64,000 nt of DNA. Source: Fibrobacteria bacterium (GTDB lineage: Bacteria; Fibrobacterota; Fibrobacteria; UBA11236). The number at the start of each line of letters is the position of its first letter. Position 1 is the stretch's first letter. The notes beneath the pieces are model-generated. The model was not told where the DNA came from, searched no databases, and was given only the letters and a program-made list of their open reading frames with translations. A program made the position numbers and the translations under genes. This document shows, piece after piece, positions 18,024 to 27,572 of the stretch. The stretch covers positions 12,449 through 76,448 of the forward strand of contig JAYUHW010000039.1 in the NCBI GenBank assembly GCA_043766615.1, read 5' to 3'.

Positions 18024-20021
18024 TTAATAGTCTCCACCTGGCCGCCGTGCCACCCATTCTGGCTTATCTTGTACTTGGGGCAAAGAGTCGGGGCGATCGA
18101 TTCGCAAAGGATCATCCGTAAGCGAGCGCATGAAAGCAATCAGGTCGTGCTTTTCCTTCGCCGTGAGATGCAAAGAATCGGCCGGCAAGGTTTGGTTCGG
18201 AACCTTGAGTCCCAATCCAGCGCCACCTCCGGCATCGTAGAAATCTACCACGCTCTCCAGATCCGGGAATCGCCCATTGTGCATATACGGTGCGGTCAGT
18301 GAGACATTGCGTACTGTAGGGGTCTTGAAGGCGCCTACCCAAGCCTGCGCTGGCCGAACCTTGTATCGGCCCGAATCAGAATCCAGGCGAGGTCGGCCGG
18401 TATCGGCTAGTGATCCAGCGGGCACGCCCAATACTTCGGATTCGGTTTCGCGGTAGATTGGGGGCACGGTGCCGTTGAAGGTGGGTGGGAAATGGCAGGT
18501 GCCGCAACCCGCCTTGCCCATAAATAGGTTGAAGCCGCGTTTGGCCGCGGGATTCAGGGTGTCCCGTTCGCCGCGCACATAGCGATCGAATGGGGAATTC
18601 CAACCCGCCAAGGATCGCACGTACTGGGCCAGAGCCGAAGTGATGTTCGCCTCATTAATCGGATCCGTTGCAGTCCGAGGGAAGGCCTGGGTAAAGGCGT
18701 TCACGTAGTCCGGGAGTGATTTCAATTTGGAAGCAATGGCGTTAAATGATGTGTTGAACTCGGCGGCTCCCTTCACCACATGGCCTACCTGTTCCTCCAG
18801 GATCGGCGCGCGCAAATCCCAGAACTGTGCGCGCTGATAGGCCGCGTATACAAGGCTCGGCGCGTTGCGTGCACCGCTCGGGGAAGTCGAATCGCCACCG
18901 GCCCGGAAGCCGGCGCTTTTCGACTGGTGTTCGGCATAGGCGATTTCCGGCCGATGGCAAGAGGCGCAGGCGCGTCGGTTGTCTCCTGAAAGCAGAGGAT
19001 CGAAGAAAAGTTGCCTCCCCAGCTTTTCCCCAATCACGGAGGGTTTTTCACGCAAGACTCCTTGGTAGTCGAGGGCAAAGAAATTTTTGTCTAGGAATGC
19101 CGGATCGAAAAGCCCGCGGGCAGCAAGAGAAACGGCGCGCTCGGGAATGTCGCGTTCGCGCCGAGCTCGGGATTCACCAGACAGCGGCGCTCCCCGGCCA
19201 AGCTTCAAGGCGGCGCGGGCGTGGGCCATGGCGGCGTGCAAAGGGTTTCCTTGGCGGCGGAGAAATCCGATGCGATCGAATGTGGAGAAATTCTTGGCTG
19301 ACTCAAGTTCTCGGGCCGCCACATCCAAGCGATGATCCAGGGTGGCGAAGACTCCCGGCTCGGCGGCTTCAAGTTTCCGGCGGTAGCAGGCGGGAAAGGA
19401 TCGCAAGGACCGAAGCGCGGTTCCCGACTCCGCCAAACCGCGGCCTGAAACGGGACTGTCGAAGCCGGACAGACCCAAGGTAAGCACGCGGATGACCTCA
19501 TTTTCCGCCGCCTCCCATAGCAAGGCATCTTCAACCGGGGTAAAGCGCAACAATCCCGAGAGCTGATCGGCGGTGAAGATCAAATGCGTGAGCGATAGCC
19601 CTACTGCGGCACGACTCGGAGACGCACCATAGATTTCCTTTTCTAACACTTGCAGGCCTTGCGGCGTCTCGGTTTCAATCTCCGAAGGCTCTTCATCCTC
19701 GACAATCTCGAAAGGCGCGCCATTGAAGGCCTCTAGGCATTCCGGATGCAGGGTCTCGGTGGCCGCCTCCAAACCTTTGTAGGCCATGCGCAAGGTATTC
19801 AATTCAGCCTTCAGTCGGGCGGGTCCGAAGCGGGTGCTGTCGGCATCAAGATCATGTTTCCATTTGGCGGCTTGCGTGCGGAATACGGCGATGGTGCCCA
19901 GTACCCAAGCGTTCGCGCGTTCGGTCGGGGACGAGGAGGACGAAGAGGAGGGGGAAGGGGGGACGGCTGCGAAAACGAAGGCTGCGGCGAGGGTTAAGCT
20001 CACGGGAAGAAAATGCATCAT
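18024..20021 (-). CDS. di-heme cytochrome c peroxidase family protein with about 300-aa N-terminal extension
   Basis: Two CxxCH heme motifs (CASCH, CGTCH). Signal peptide followed by poly-Ser tract. 665 aa, versus about 330-350 aa for a canonical CCP. Confidence 0.85.
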   Translation of the reverse strand: MMHFLPVSLTLAAAFVFAAVPPSPSSSSSSSPTERANAWVLGTIAVFRTQAAKWKHDLDADSTRFGPARLKAELNTLRMAYKGLEAATETLHPECLEAFNGAPFEIVEDEEPSEIETETPQGLQVLEKEIYGASPSRAAVGLSLTHLIFTADQLSGLLRFTPVEDALLWEAAENEVIRVLTLGLSGFDSPVSGRGLAESGTALRSLRSFPACYRRKLEAAEPGVFATLDHRLDVAARELESAKNFSTFDRIGFLRRQGNPLHAAMAHARAALKLGRGAPLSGESRARRERDIPERAVSLAARGLFDPAFLDKNFFALDYQGVLREKPSVIGEKLGRQLFFDPLLSGDNRRACASCHRPEIAYAEHQSKSAGFRAGGDSTSPSGARNAPSLVYAAYQRAQFWDLRAPILEEQVGHVVKGAAEFNTSFNAIASKLKSLPDYVNAFTQAFPRTATDPINEANITSALAQYVRSLAGWNSPFDRYVRGERDTLNPAAKRGFNLFMGKAGCGTCHFPPTFNGTVPPIYRETESEVLGVPAGSLADTGRPRLDSDSGRYKVRPAQAWVGAFKTPTVRNVSLTAPYMHNGRFPDLESVVDFYDAGGGAGLGLKVPNQTLPADSLHLTAKEKHDLIAFMRSLTDDPLRIDRPDSLPQVQDKPEWVARRPGGDY

Positions 20022-20044
20022 TAAAATTTAGCAATCCCATATAA

Positions 20045-20080
20045 GCGCTTTCCCCTCTCAGGTGCCTGAGATAAGGGAAA
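20045..20080 (-). terminator. stem-loop (possible terminator/attenuator) between metallophosphoesterase and peroxidase genes
   Basis: gctttccc…gggaaagc 8-bp stem with internal ctcagg/cctgag sub-stem. Weakly T-rich flank on minus strand. Confidence 0.25.
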
Positions 20081-20111
20081 GCTAGTGGCTGAAGAGGAAA
20101 CTTGGTCTTCC

Positions 20112-21263
20112 TTATGGCAAGATAACTGGAGCACCTTCTTGAGTAGTGCCGAAATGATCATTAAAGCCGAAAGGCTTGAGGATGGTTTTGCCACTCCTAT
20201 AGACTTCTACTCTGACCCAGGCATAGTAGCGGTCAGTGACGGAAAGGGTAACGTCGGTAGGCTTGGCTTCAAAAGGCGAGCCACCTGAACCAACGAGCAC
20301 CTGCCAAGCCGCACCTTTGGGCTGCATCATATTGTAGACATGTTCATGACCACAGAAATAGGTAGCGCCATAAGCTTCGATCAGATTCCAAAAAGCATCG
20401 CGGGAAACCAAATCGACATCTAAGCCGGCTGGGGAGGCTGGCAGAGTAGATGCGGCTCCATAGTAATAGGTATACGCTGGCTTATGACCAAAAACAAAAA
20501 AGTGGGTGGCACCGCGAGCCTTGGCATCGGCCAAGTCTTTGGAGAGCCAATTCGTTGGAGCATGAGCATCTTTGCCGAAGGCATCGGTATTGATAACCGT
20601 GAAGTGAGAGCCACGTAAATCAAAGCTATAGGATAGCTTGCTTTGGTTGGAAGTTATTCCGTCCAATGAGTCGCGGTTATCGCCAAAAGCAGGATTGGAA
20701 GGTAGTTCACCAAAGATGCTTTGAAAGCGTGGAGCATCCAGCATTAAATCGCCCATATTTGCGCGCCAAGCATTTTCATTCACTACTTGAGCCTTTTTAC
20801 CACCGGCCTTCCATTGCGTTTCATGATTACCGGGCACTGGGAAAATATAGGTTCCATTTTCAGGTAAATGGGAAACCATGCCTCTCCAGAAGGCATATTG
20901 CTTATAAGCGGTAACCAGGTCCGATCCAAGTATCCCATCAATCGTAGTCGTGACGGGTGGTAGTATGTCATTTCCATAGCCATGAATCATGTCACCATTG
21001 AAGAAAAGCATATTATTCTTCTGGACCGAGATTGCGATCATCATGCGAGAAACAGCTTTGGTGTTCTGCAACCAGATGGAGTCTTGTCCATAGAGCGGAG
21101 CCGTAGTAGCGTCAAAGGTGACGGGGTCCTGTCTGGAATCCCCGACGCTTGAAAAGGAAAGCACAAGTGAGTCTTCGAGTACTACGGCCGATGCCGGCTG
21201 ATAGGCTAACGATGCAACCGCTACTGCGGATGCTAATTTTAGGGCCGATTTTCTTATTTTCAT
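20112..21263 (-). CDS. secreted metallophosphoesterase (calcineurin-like)
   Basis: Motifs GDMIHG, GNHE (VPGNHETQ), GHEH (CGHEHVYN). Signal peptide. Confidence 0.8.
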   Translation of the reverse strand: MKIRKSALKLASAVAVASLAYQPASAVVLEDSLVLSFSSVGDSRQDPVTFDATTAPLYGQDSIWLQNTKAVSRMMIAISVQKNNMLFFNGDMIHGYGNDILPPVTTTIDGILGSDLVTAYKQYAFWRGMVSHLPENGTYIFPVPGNHETQWKAGGKKAQVVNENAWRANMGDLMLDAPRFQSIFGELPSNPAFGDNRDSLDGITSNQSKLSYSFDLRGSHFTVINTDAFGKDAHAPTNWLSKDLADAKARGATHFFVFGHKPAYTYYYGAASTLPASPAGLDVDLVSRDAFWNLIEAYGATYFCGHEHVYNMMQPKGAAWQVLVGSGGSPFEAKPTDVTLSVTDRYYAWVRVEVYRSGKTILKPFGFNDHFGTTQEGAPVILP

Positions 21264-21295
21264 GAGTACCTCCTGGGATGAATGGAGGTGAGAAC

Positions 21296-23386
21296 TTACC
21301 GTTTACGAAATACAATTCTATTTCGATTTGATTCCATAAGTAGATCTTGGTGAATACCGTTGATGACAAGCCTAAGATAAAACGGACTGGCCTGCCAATG
21401 GGATGGGTTAATATCAACCTTATGCATGCCGGTCGAGAGTTTGCCATTAAAGAGTGTCAAGATGTTTGTTCCGTTGAGGTTAAGAGCTTCTAACCGCACC
21501 ACTCCCGGATAGGGCAAGTTTAAAAAAACCGATCGTCCAGAAATTAAGACATTCACTAACCGGCTTTTGATACCTTGGCCAAGATCGGGCGTTTTAGTTT
21601 TCCCACTACCTACGGACATTTTCGGAATATCTCGCATCCAAACGCCGTCGCCATTAGTCCCGCAAAACAGCTGAGTTCCATTTTGTACAAGAAAACTATT
21701 GCCTGTATATTCTGGACCCAATTCAAAATTCGCCCAAATGTTCGTCTTTAACGAAGCGCGAAATACTTGGTTATAATTGGTACCTGCAAATATTTCATCG
21801 CCGATAATGACAAGTGATCGGATGCTTGAATTGGTAAAACCGTCACCCATGGTTGCCCACGTTTCCCCATGGTCGGAAGACCGAAATACATAACTATTTT
21901 CCGTACCCGCAAAAAGTCCGCTGTCTCCGGCTATCAGCACCGTCGTATGCATATCTACCAAGCCTTTGTTCACGGGAGCCCAGGTTGTTCCCATATCTAA
22001 AGATTGGTAAATCCCGAAGCCAGTTCCAGCGAAAAGTTCTGTACCCAGGGAAGCAATCGAATTGATTGCTTTTCCTTCCAGCGGACCTAGTAGGGGCAGC
22101 CAAGTTACTCCTGAATCCTTGGAACGATACCCACCCACTGCCGTACCCGCAAATAAATAGGTTCCATTTGCGCCCAAAGAAAGAATGTTCTTATTGATCA
22201 ATCCTGCATTGGCTGAAATCCATTTTGCTTCCTTTTTGAAGGAAAGATAAATGCCTTGGTCCGTTCCAGCCAAGACCATATCGTGGGTGGCCAAAAGAGT
22301 TCGAATTGCAGATGAGGGTAGCCCGTCTTCAAATTTAAGCCATGTTAATCCGCCATCCGTCGATTTTGAAATGGACTTAAAACGTCCGGCAAAAAGCAAA
22401 TCACTATCTCCGAGCATGGCGGTGATATAGGTATTGGCTAAGCCATTGTTACTCGATTGCCAAGTTACGCCGTAGTCACGCGAAAGGAAAATACCATCAT
22501 AGGTGCCAATAATCAGGGCCCCGGATATTTCTCCATAGGAGGAAACGTAGACTCGATTGGGCAATCCGGTAACTACCGGAAACCAGTTTGACCCTGAATC
22601 AGAAGAAACAAACAAGCCTATGCTCGTACCGGCAAAAAGATTGGTTCCAAGTTGGGAGAGTGAGAAAATAGAGGCATCTCCAAGGCCGGCATTCACGGAT
22701 TTCCAACTATCCCCATAGTCAGAGGAGCGGTAAACCCCAGTTCTGGTTCCTGCAAAAATTGATCCGTTTTCGCTTACAGTTAAGGATTGGACGGCGATAT
22801 CATTGGTCTTCATCCAGGTGTCGCCATTGTCGATTGATCGAAAAAGTCCTGATTCAGTCCCCGAAAAAAATCGGTTTCCCGTAATTAATAATGAGTTGAT
22901 ATGGGACATGGCCATCCCCTTGGTTAAGGGCGTCCAAGCATCCCCTTGTGTGTTGGAACGAAAAATTCCGTTGCCCGTCCCAATGTAAATTTCCGTTTGA
23001 GTCTGTCCGAAACAATAAACCGAAGAATCCGTTAAACCTGAATGAATCCTTGACCATGAATGGCCCCGGTCTTGTGACCTGAATAAACCTTTGCTGGTAC
23101 CTGAAAAAAAATACGTCCCTCTGAGGGCTAGTGAAAGTACGTATGCATTTTCCATTCCCGATTTAATCTTGCTCCAGGATTCGCCTTTATTTGAGGAGAG
23201 GTACATGCCCTTTCCGGTTCCAACGAGAATATCACCGTCACCGACGACCAAGGATGAAACATTGGCTCCCTGAGGTCCACTTGTTTGAGCCCATTCTGCG
23301 CAGCAAATGGTCGGGGAGGAAATTTGCCAAAGGCAGAGAACCAAGAGTTTGGAAAATATCTTGCCTGGATTTGATCTTGTTTTCAT
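21296..23386 (-). CDS. secreted beta-propeller (BNR/Ycf48-like repeats) protein with T9SS-type C-terminal sorting domain
   Basis: Many repeats of GTxxxGLFxSxDxGxxW. C-terminal about 80 aa resembles Por/T9SS CTD (…VRLEALNLNGTNILTLFNGKLSTGMHKVDIN…FYLRLVINGIHQ…). Start moved to MKTRSNPGKIFSKLLVLCLW signal peptide. Confidence 0.7.
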   Translation of the reverse strand: MKTRSNPGKIFSKLLVLCLWQISSPTICCAEWAQTSGPQGANVSSLVVGDGDILVGTGKGMYLSSNKGESWSKIKSGMENAYVLSLALRGTYFFSGTSKGLFRSQDRGHSWSRIHSGLTDSSVYCFGQTQTEIYIGTGNGIFRSNTQGDAWTPLTKGMAMSHINSLLITGNRFFSGTESGLFRSIDNGDTWMKTNDIAVQSLTVSENGSIFAGTRTGVYRSSDYGDSWKSVNAGLGDASIFSLSQLGTNLFAGTSIGLFVSSDSGSNWFPVVTGLPNRVYVSSYGEISGALIIGTYDGIFLSRDYGVTWQSSNNGLANTYITAMLGDSDLLFAGRFKSISKSTDGGLTWLKFEDGLPSSAIRTLLATHDMVLAGTDQGIYLSFKKEAKWISANAGLINKNILSLGANGTYLFAGTAVGGYRSKDSGVTWLPLLGPLEGKAINSIASLGTELFAGTGFGIYQSLDMGTTWAPVNKGLVDMHTTVLIAGDSGLFAGTENSYVFRSSDHGETWATMGDGFTNSSIRSLVIIGDEIFAGTNYNQVFRASLKTNIWANFELGPEYTGNSFLVQNGTQLFCGTNGDGVWMRDIPKMSVGSGKTKTPDLGQGIKSRLVNVLISGRSVFLNLPYPGVVRLEALNLNGTNILTLFNGKLSTGMHKVDINPSHWQASPFYLRLVINGIHQDLLMESNRNRIVFRKR

Positions 23387-23718
23387 GTGGCACGGAAATT
23401 TAGGCAATGTTCCTGACCTTAAAGATTTAGTTCATGTTACAAAGTGGAAGCTGAAAATTTGTTGTTGTCGAAAAATTCACACCAGAAAAAAAGTGAGGCT
23501 TGAATCAGGCTCTTGTTTTTCATCGTGTTTCAATCGTGTTAACGGCTATCACGTTACATCAATGTTTCTGAGTGTTTACGGATGTGTTGGAAAAACCTGT
23601 TTTAACCATTAAATGACGGTAGTTGGCTTTCCAACGTATTAAATCATCTGGAGGATTTTATAAAATTTACCAACAGTTATGGCAATATGCCCCAAGAAGA
23701 AAGCCTAGGCGGTAAACG

Positions 23719-25284
23719 ATGGATAGGATGGAAATTTACCTCGCTTATGCAGCCGCCTTCATTTTGGCAGGGATAGTGACCATTTTTAGTTCTCCAATCG
23801 CGATCCGGCTTGCCTTTCATTTTGGAATTTTGGATAAACCGGATCAACGGAAGGTCCACTCAAAGGCGATTCCAAGAATGGGTGGCCTAGCAATTTTTTC
23901 AGGAATATTAATCACCATCTTGATACTGAGTCTTGTTTCGCAAACCATTCGAGACCTAATAATTCCCCATCACAAACCATTTGTTTTTCTTGCGAGTGGT
24001 GCCACCTTGATGTTTATTCTTGGCTTGGTAGATGATATACGCGGCCTTTCTCCCCGGACAAAATTGGAATTTCAAATACTAGCAGGAATGTTGGCATTTT
24101 ATGGCGGATTCCAATTTCTACTTGTTCGAGGAGCAGCATCGGGAATCAGATCCAGCGAGGTTTGGACCATACTTGGAATTATTTTGACTGTCTTCTGGAC
24201 CGTGGGAACGACGAATGCCGTTAACCTCATCGATGGTCTCGATGGATTGGCTGCGGGTATTACGGGTATTGCTTTAACTTGCCTTGGGCTTATCTCAATC
24301 CTAAATCACCATCTCTCCACTGCACTCGCAGCTTTCACAATTGCAGGGGCTTCTTTTGGCTTTCTATGGCATAATCGTCATCCCGCCAAGATATTTTTAG
24401 GAGATTCAGGCAGCCTCCTATTGGGATTTCTCCTAGCAGCCCTTTCGATTGAAGGCACCCAACAAGGATCTCTTTTTGCTTCCTTGGTTGGCCCGCTTTG
24501 TCTCCTTTATATCCCGATACTCGACACCGTACTAGCCATGGTCCGAAGAAGTCAAAAAGGAGTGCCTTTCAGTTTCGCTGACAATCATCACATTCACCAT
24601 CGGCTTCTAAGGAATGGAATCCACCACCCCCATGTCGTCCTGATTCTTTGGGCAGTAACGCTGGGCGTTGGATGTATTGGACTCAGTATTCATTTTATTG
24701 AAAATTCCTACCGCTCCTTGGTAGTAAACAGCTTTGCCCTTTTCGTTTTGGCATTGACCATCCGGTACCTGGGTAATCTGGAATTGGTTGACTATTTACG
24801 TTTTGCGAGTAAAATCAATCGAAGAAAAAAAACTCCCAGAGGAAAAATAGTTTCACTCAGACGCCGGTTGCGGGAAGTTGAAAAATGTGAAACGGCTGAA
24901 TCCTTGCTTCGTAATGTCGCGCTTATAGCAGAGAGTATGGAGCTGGATTCGTTGGCTGTTTCCATGTCCCCGCGTTCAAGTGCTGAGGAGCAAGTATCTA
25001 TTTATCGCTGGGAATATTCAAAGGCAAAAAAAGCCGAATCCAAGGATTGGATCGAAAAACCGAATTTACTTGCAAATGTCCAGGCTTCCACTTTATATAG
25101 GGTTCAAATGGAATCTTATATCACAGTTGAGCTTGGACGGCAAAATTGGAAACTTCGTCGTCATAGTGAAGACGTCCAACTTTGGGCGAACTTAATTGTT
25201 GAAAAATTGGCGGAAATGAAGGCGCTGCGAATCTTTTGCCCTGGAGAATCTCCAATGACCCTTTCACTCTCACAAATCCAATGA
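23719..25284 (+). CDS. WecA/MraY-family polyprenyl-phosphate sugar-1-phosphate transferase (initiating glycosyltransferase) with about 170-aa C-terminal cytoplasmic extension
   Basis: Motif NAVNLIDGLDGLAAG. About 10 TM segments in first about 350 aa. Soluble tail 350-521. Confidence 0.85.
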   Translation: MDRMEIYLAYAAAFILAGIVTIFSSPIAIRLAFHFGILDKPDQRKVHSKAIPRMGGLAIFSGILITILILSLVSQTIRDLIIPHHKPFVFLASGATLMFILGLVDDIRGLSPRTKLEFQILAGMLAFYGGFQFLLVRGAASGIRSSEVWTILGIILTVFWTVGTTNAVNLIDGLDGLAAGITGIALTCLGLISILNHHLSTALAAFTIAGASFGFLWHNRHPAKIFLGDSGSLLLGFLLAALSIEGTQQGSLFASLVGPLCLLYIPILDTVLAMVRRSQKGVPFSFADNHHIHHRLLRNGIHHPHVVLILWAVTLGVGCIGLSIHFIENSYRSLVVNSFALFVLALTIRYLGNLELVDYLRFASKINRRKKTPRGKIVSLRRRLREVEKCETAESLLRNVALIAESMELDSLAVSMSPRSSAEEQVSIYRWEYSKAKKAESKDWIEKPNLLANVQASTLYRVQMESYITVELGRQNWKLRRHSEDVQLWANLIVEKLAEMKALRIFCPGESPMTLSLSQIQ

Positions 25285-26201
25285 ATCATATGGCTTCAGT
25301 CGATACCCCTATTTCCAAGAACCCGGCGGTGGTGGACGCCGTCAATTTTATTGTGCTTATGCCAATGCGGAATGAAATCGCCACTATTGCAACTACCCTA
25401 AAAAGTATTTGCCTACAAACGGTAAAACCGGATTTACTTTTGGTTTTGTCGGATGGCGCCACAGATGGGAGTGATATGGAGGTTGAATATTATGCAGCCC
25501 GGTATCCGTGGATTGAATTGGTCCGCTTACCGGACCGGGGTTTCGATCTGGTCGGTAAAGGGGTCGCGCAGGTTTTGAACTATGGTCTTGGCTTATTGGA
25601 ACTTCGGCCAAGCAAATTTCTCGCCAAGGTTGATGCAGATGTGGATTTGGCCCCGAACTATTTTGAACGATTAATCAATCTTTTTGAAACGCAACCCAGC
25701 TTGGGCATGGCAAGCGGGCATCCGTTTACATTTGAAGAAGGAAAGAGAATTCTTGAACGGCATGGCGACCGTTTTCCCTCAGGCACGGCTCGTATTTATC
25801 GGCGCGAGTACCTTCGACAAGTTGGAAATTGGGTGAACTCCGTAGGTTGGGATACTGTTGATATTCTGCGTATGCGTATGCAGAATTTTGAAATCAAAGT
25901 TGTCCATGATCTTGAATACCACCATATTCGGAGAATGGGCACCCGCAACGGGTATATTGACGGGATGATTCGGGATGGGAGAAACGCTTACCTTACTGGT
26001 TATGCGCCTTGGTTTCTGATTATTCGGGCTTTTTATAATTGCATTCATCGGCCTTATTTAATCAGGACAGCTTGTATGCTGGCTGGATATTTCAAAGCCA
26101 TGCTAGGCCGATTGCCACGAGTCGTCACGACAGAGGAAATGCGCTTCCACCGTCATCTTCACCGAGAACGTTTTCTGAAACTACACCCTCTACAACCATG
26201 A
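25281..26201 (+). CDS. family 2 glycosyltransferase
   Basis: GT-A features (VLSDGATDGS, DAD). ATGA start/stop overlap with upstream gene at 25281-25284. Confidence 0.75.
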   Translation: MNHMASVDTPISKNPAVVDAVNFIVLMPMRNEIATIATTLKSICLQTVKPDLLLVLSDGATDGSDMEVEYYAARYPWIELVRLPDRGFDLVGKGVAQVLNYGLGLLELRPSKFLAKVDADVDLAPNYFERLINLFETQPSLGMASGHPFTFEEGKRILERHGDRFPSGTARIYRREYLRQVGNWVNSVGWDTVDILRMRMQNFEIKVVHDLEYHHIRRMGTRNGYIDGMIRDGRNAYLTGYAPWFLIIRAFYNCIHRPYLIRTACMLAGYFKAMLGRLPRVVTTEEMRFHRHLHRERFLKLHPLQP

Positions 26202-26394
26202 TTTCCATTTTATCTTTCAACTTTAAACTGGGTTGGTTTCGTATTTCCTGTCTGGCGTCCTTTGGGATCCCCTCATCTAGGTAACTCCATAGTTACCCTA
26301 AAAACAGGATCGATACATAAAGTGTTACTTGAACCTATTCAAGAATGAGCTGGAAATCCATTTTTTCTACTCAACCTGGAGGAAATAGACATGT

Positions 26395-27185
26395 TAGCGA
26401 ATGCGAGCTTAGGCACTATCAGTAGCGGTACCCTAGCCATCCATTCAATTGGGGCGGGGTTGGCACAGGTTGATGAAATGGATCCAAAGCACTGTATCAA
26501 ACAGGTGGCTTGACTTCTCTCAAATACTGCCATAATTGTTTAGGACCTCTTCGAGGACTGGATTCCGTATGTTTTTTGGGATCGAAAAAAAGTACGCCGT
26601 TTTGGACTGCACAGGCTTTGACAAAGATGGTATTACCACTCTGCTTATGAGTATGGTAACCGGACATGGCCGAGGAACACAGATTTTGTGGAACGCGGTG
26701 GAGTAGGATAAACTCAAGGATGCTCGTAACTTCCATGAGGATGCCTTGTCTGACAAACTTCACTGTATCATCCCTCAGGATTTTCAGGTCACGATTCTTG
26801 CAGATCAGGGCTTTACGGACACTCGTCTTTTTGAATATATCCGTAGTATCGGGTTCCATTATCGCATCTGCATCAGGGAAATCTTTAAAATCGAATCCAC
26901 TGAAGGGGAGTCGCAACAGGTGTTTGTTTGGGTTTCACTCAATGCAAGAAATAAAAGCCTCATGGGGACACGCCTAACCAAAAGAAAGTTCCCAGTAGAG
27001 AATGTCCTTCTCACTTAAAAAAAGGATTTGCAGGAACCGTGGTGCATTGCCACATCCTGGCACGACCTCTCTGGACCCGATGTGTTGGAGATTTATGCCA
27101 AGAGATGGGGCGTTGAGACCGTATTCAGGGACATTAAGCAGTATCATTTATGTCGTGAGCCGCGGGAGAGGCCGTTGGATTGAAG
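26395..27185 (+). mobile_element. IS4-family (DDE_Tnp_1) transposase pseudogene / IS remnant
   Basis: Three-frame reconstruction gives …VLDCTGFDKDG… (first D), ILADQGFTD (second D), YAKRWGVETVFRDIKQ (E/K motif). Broken by stops/frameshifts and shorter than an intact transposase. Confidence 0.65.
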
Positions 27186-27572
27186 AGAATGATAAAAGGT
27201 AAGACTACAAAGAAGCGGGCCTATTCCTTATGGCGGTAAGCATGTATGTAATACTGGCTGCATCCTGGTATGCAAGCGCCAGCTACTAAGGCATTGATTG
27301 AGAAATTCCATAAACTCTTGGCGCAGCACCGTGTGTTCAAGAGAATATTCGGTATCGTGTGAGTTACCTGTATGAGGGGTTGTTTAAGGTTTGTCTTATC
27401 AAATTCGTCAAATGCTGTTTAAAATTTCTCTACACTATTTTTAATTCGGTCTGAATCCAGGAATGGCCTATATGCAGTCTAATTTGTCATTTTTTAGGAT
27501 CGGGGTACACCCTGTCTTATTTCAATATTCAAAAAAACGGATTTCTTAGTTTAAGCAAGCAAAGCCAACACC

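Noticed and set aside
18827-19483. 218-aa Arg-rich + strand ORF, and many other 60-200 aa ORFs inside long genes throughout the track
   Set aside because: They overlap, on the opposite strand or another frame, long ORFs with clear family motifs. Extreme Arg/Pro/Ser bias is typical of non-coding frames in GC-rich codons.
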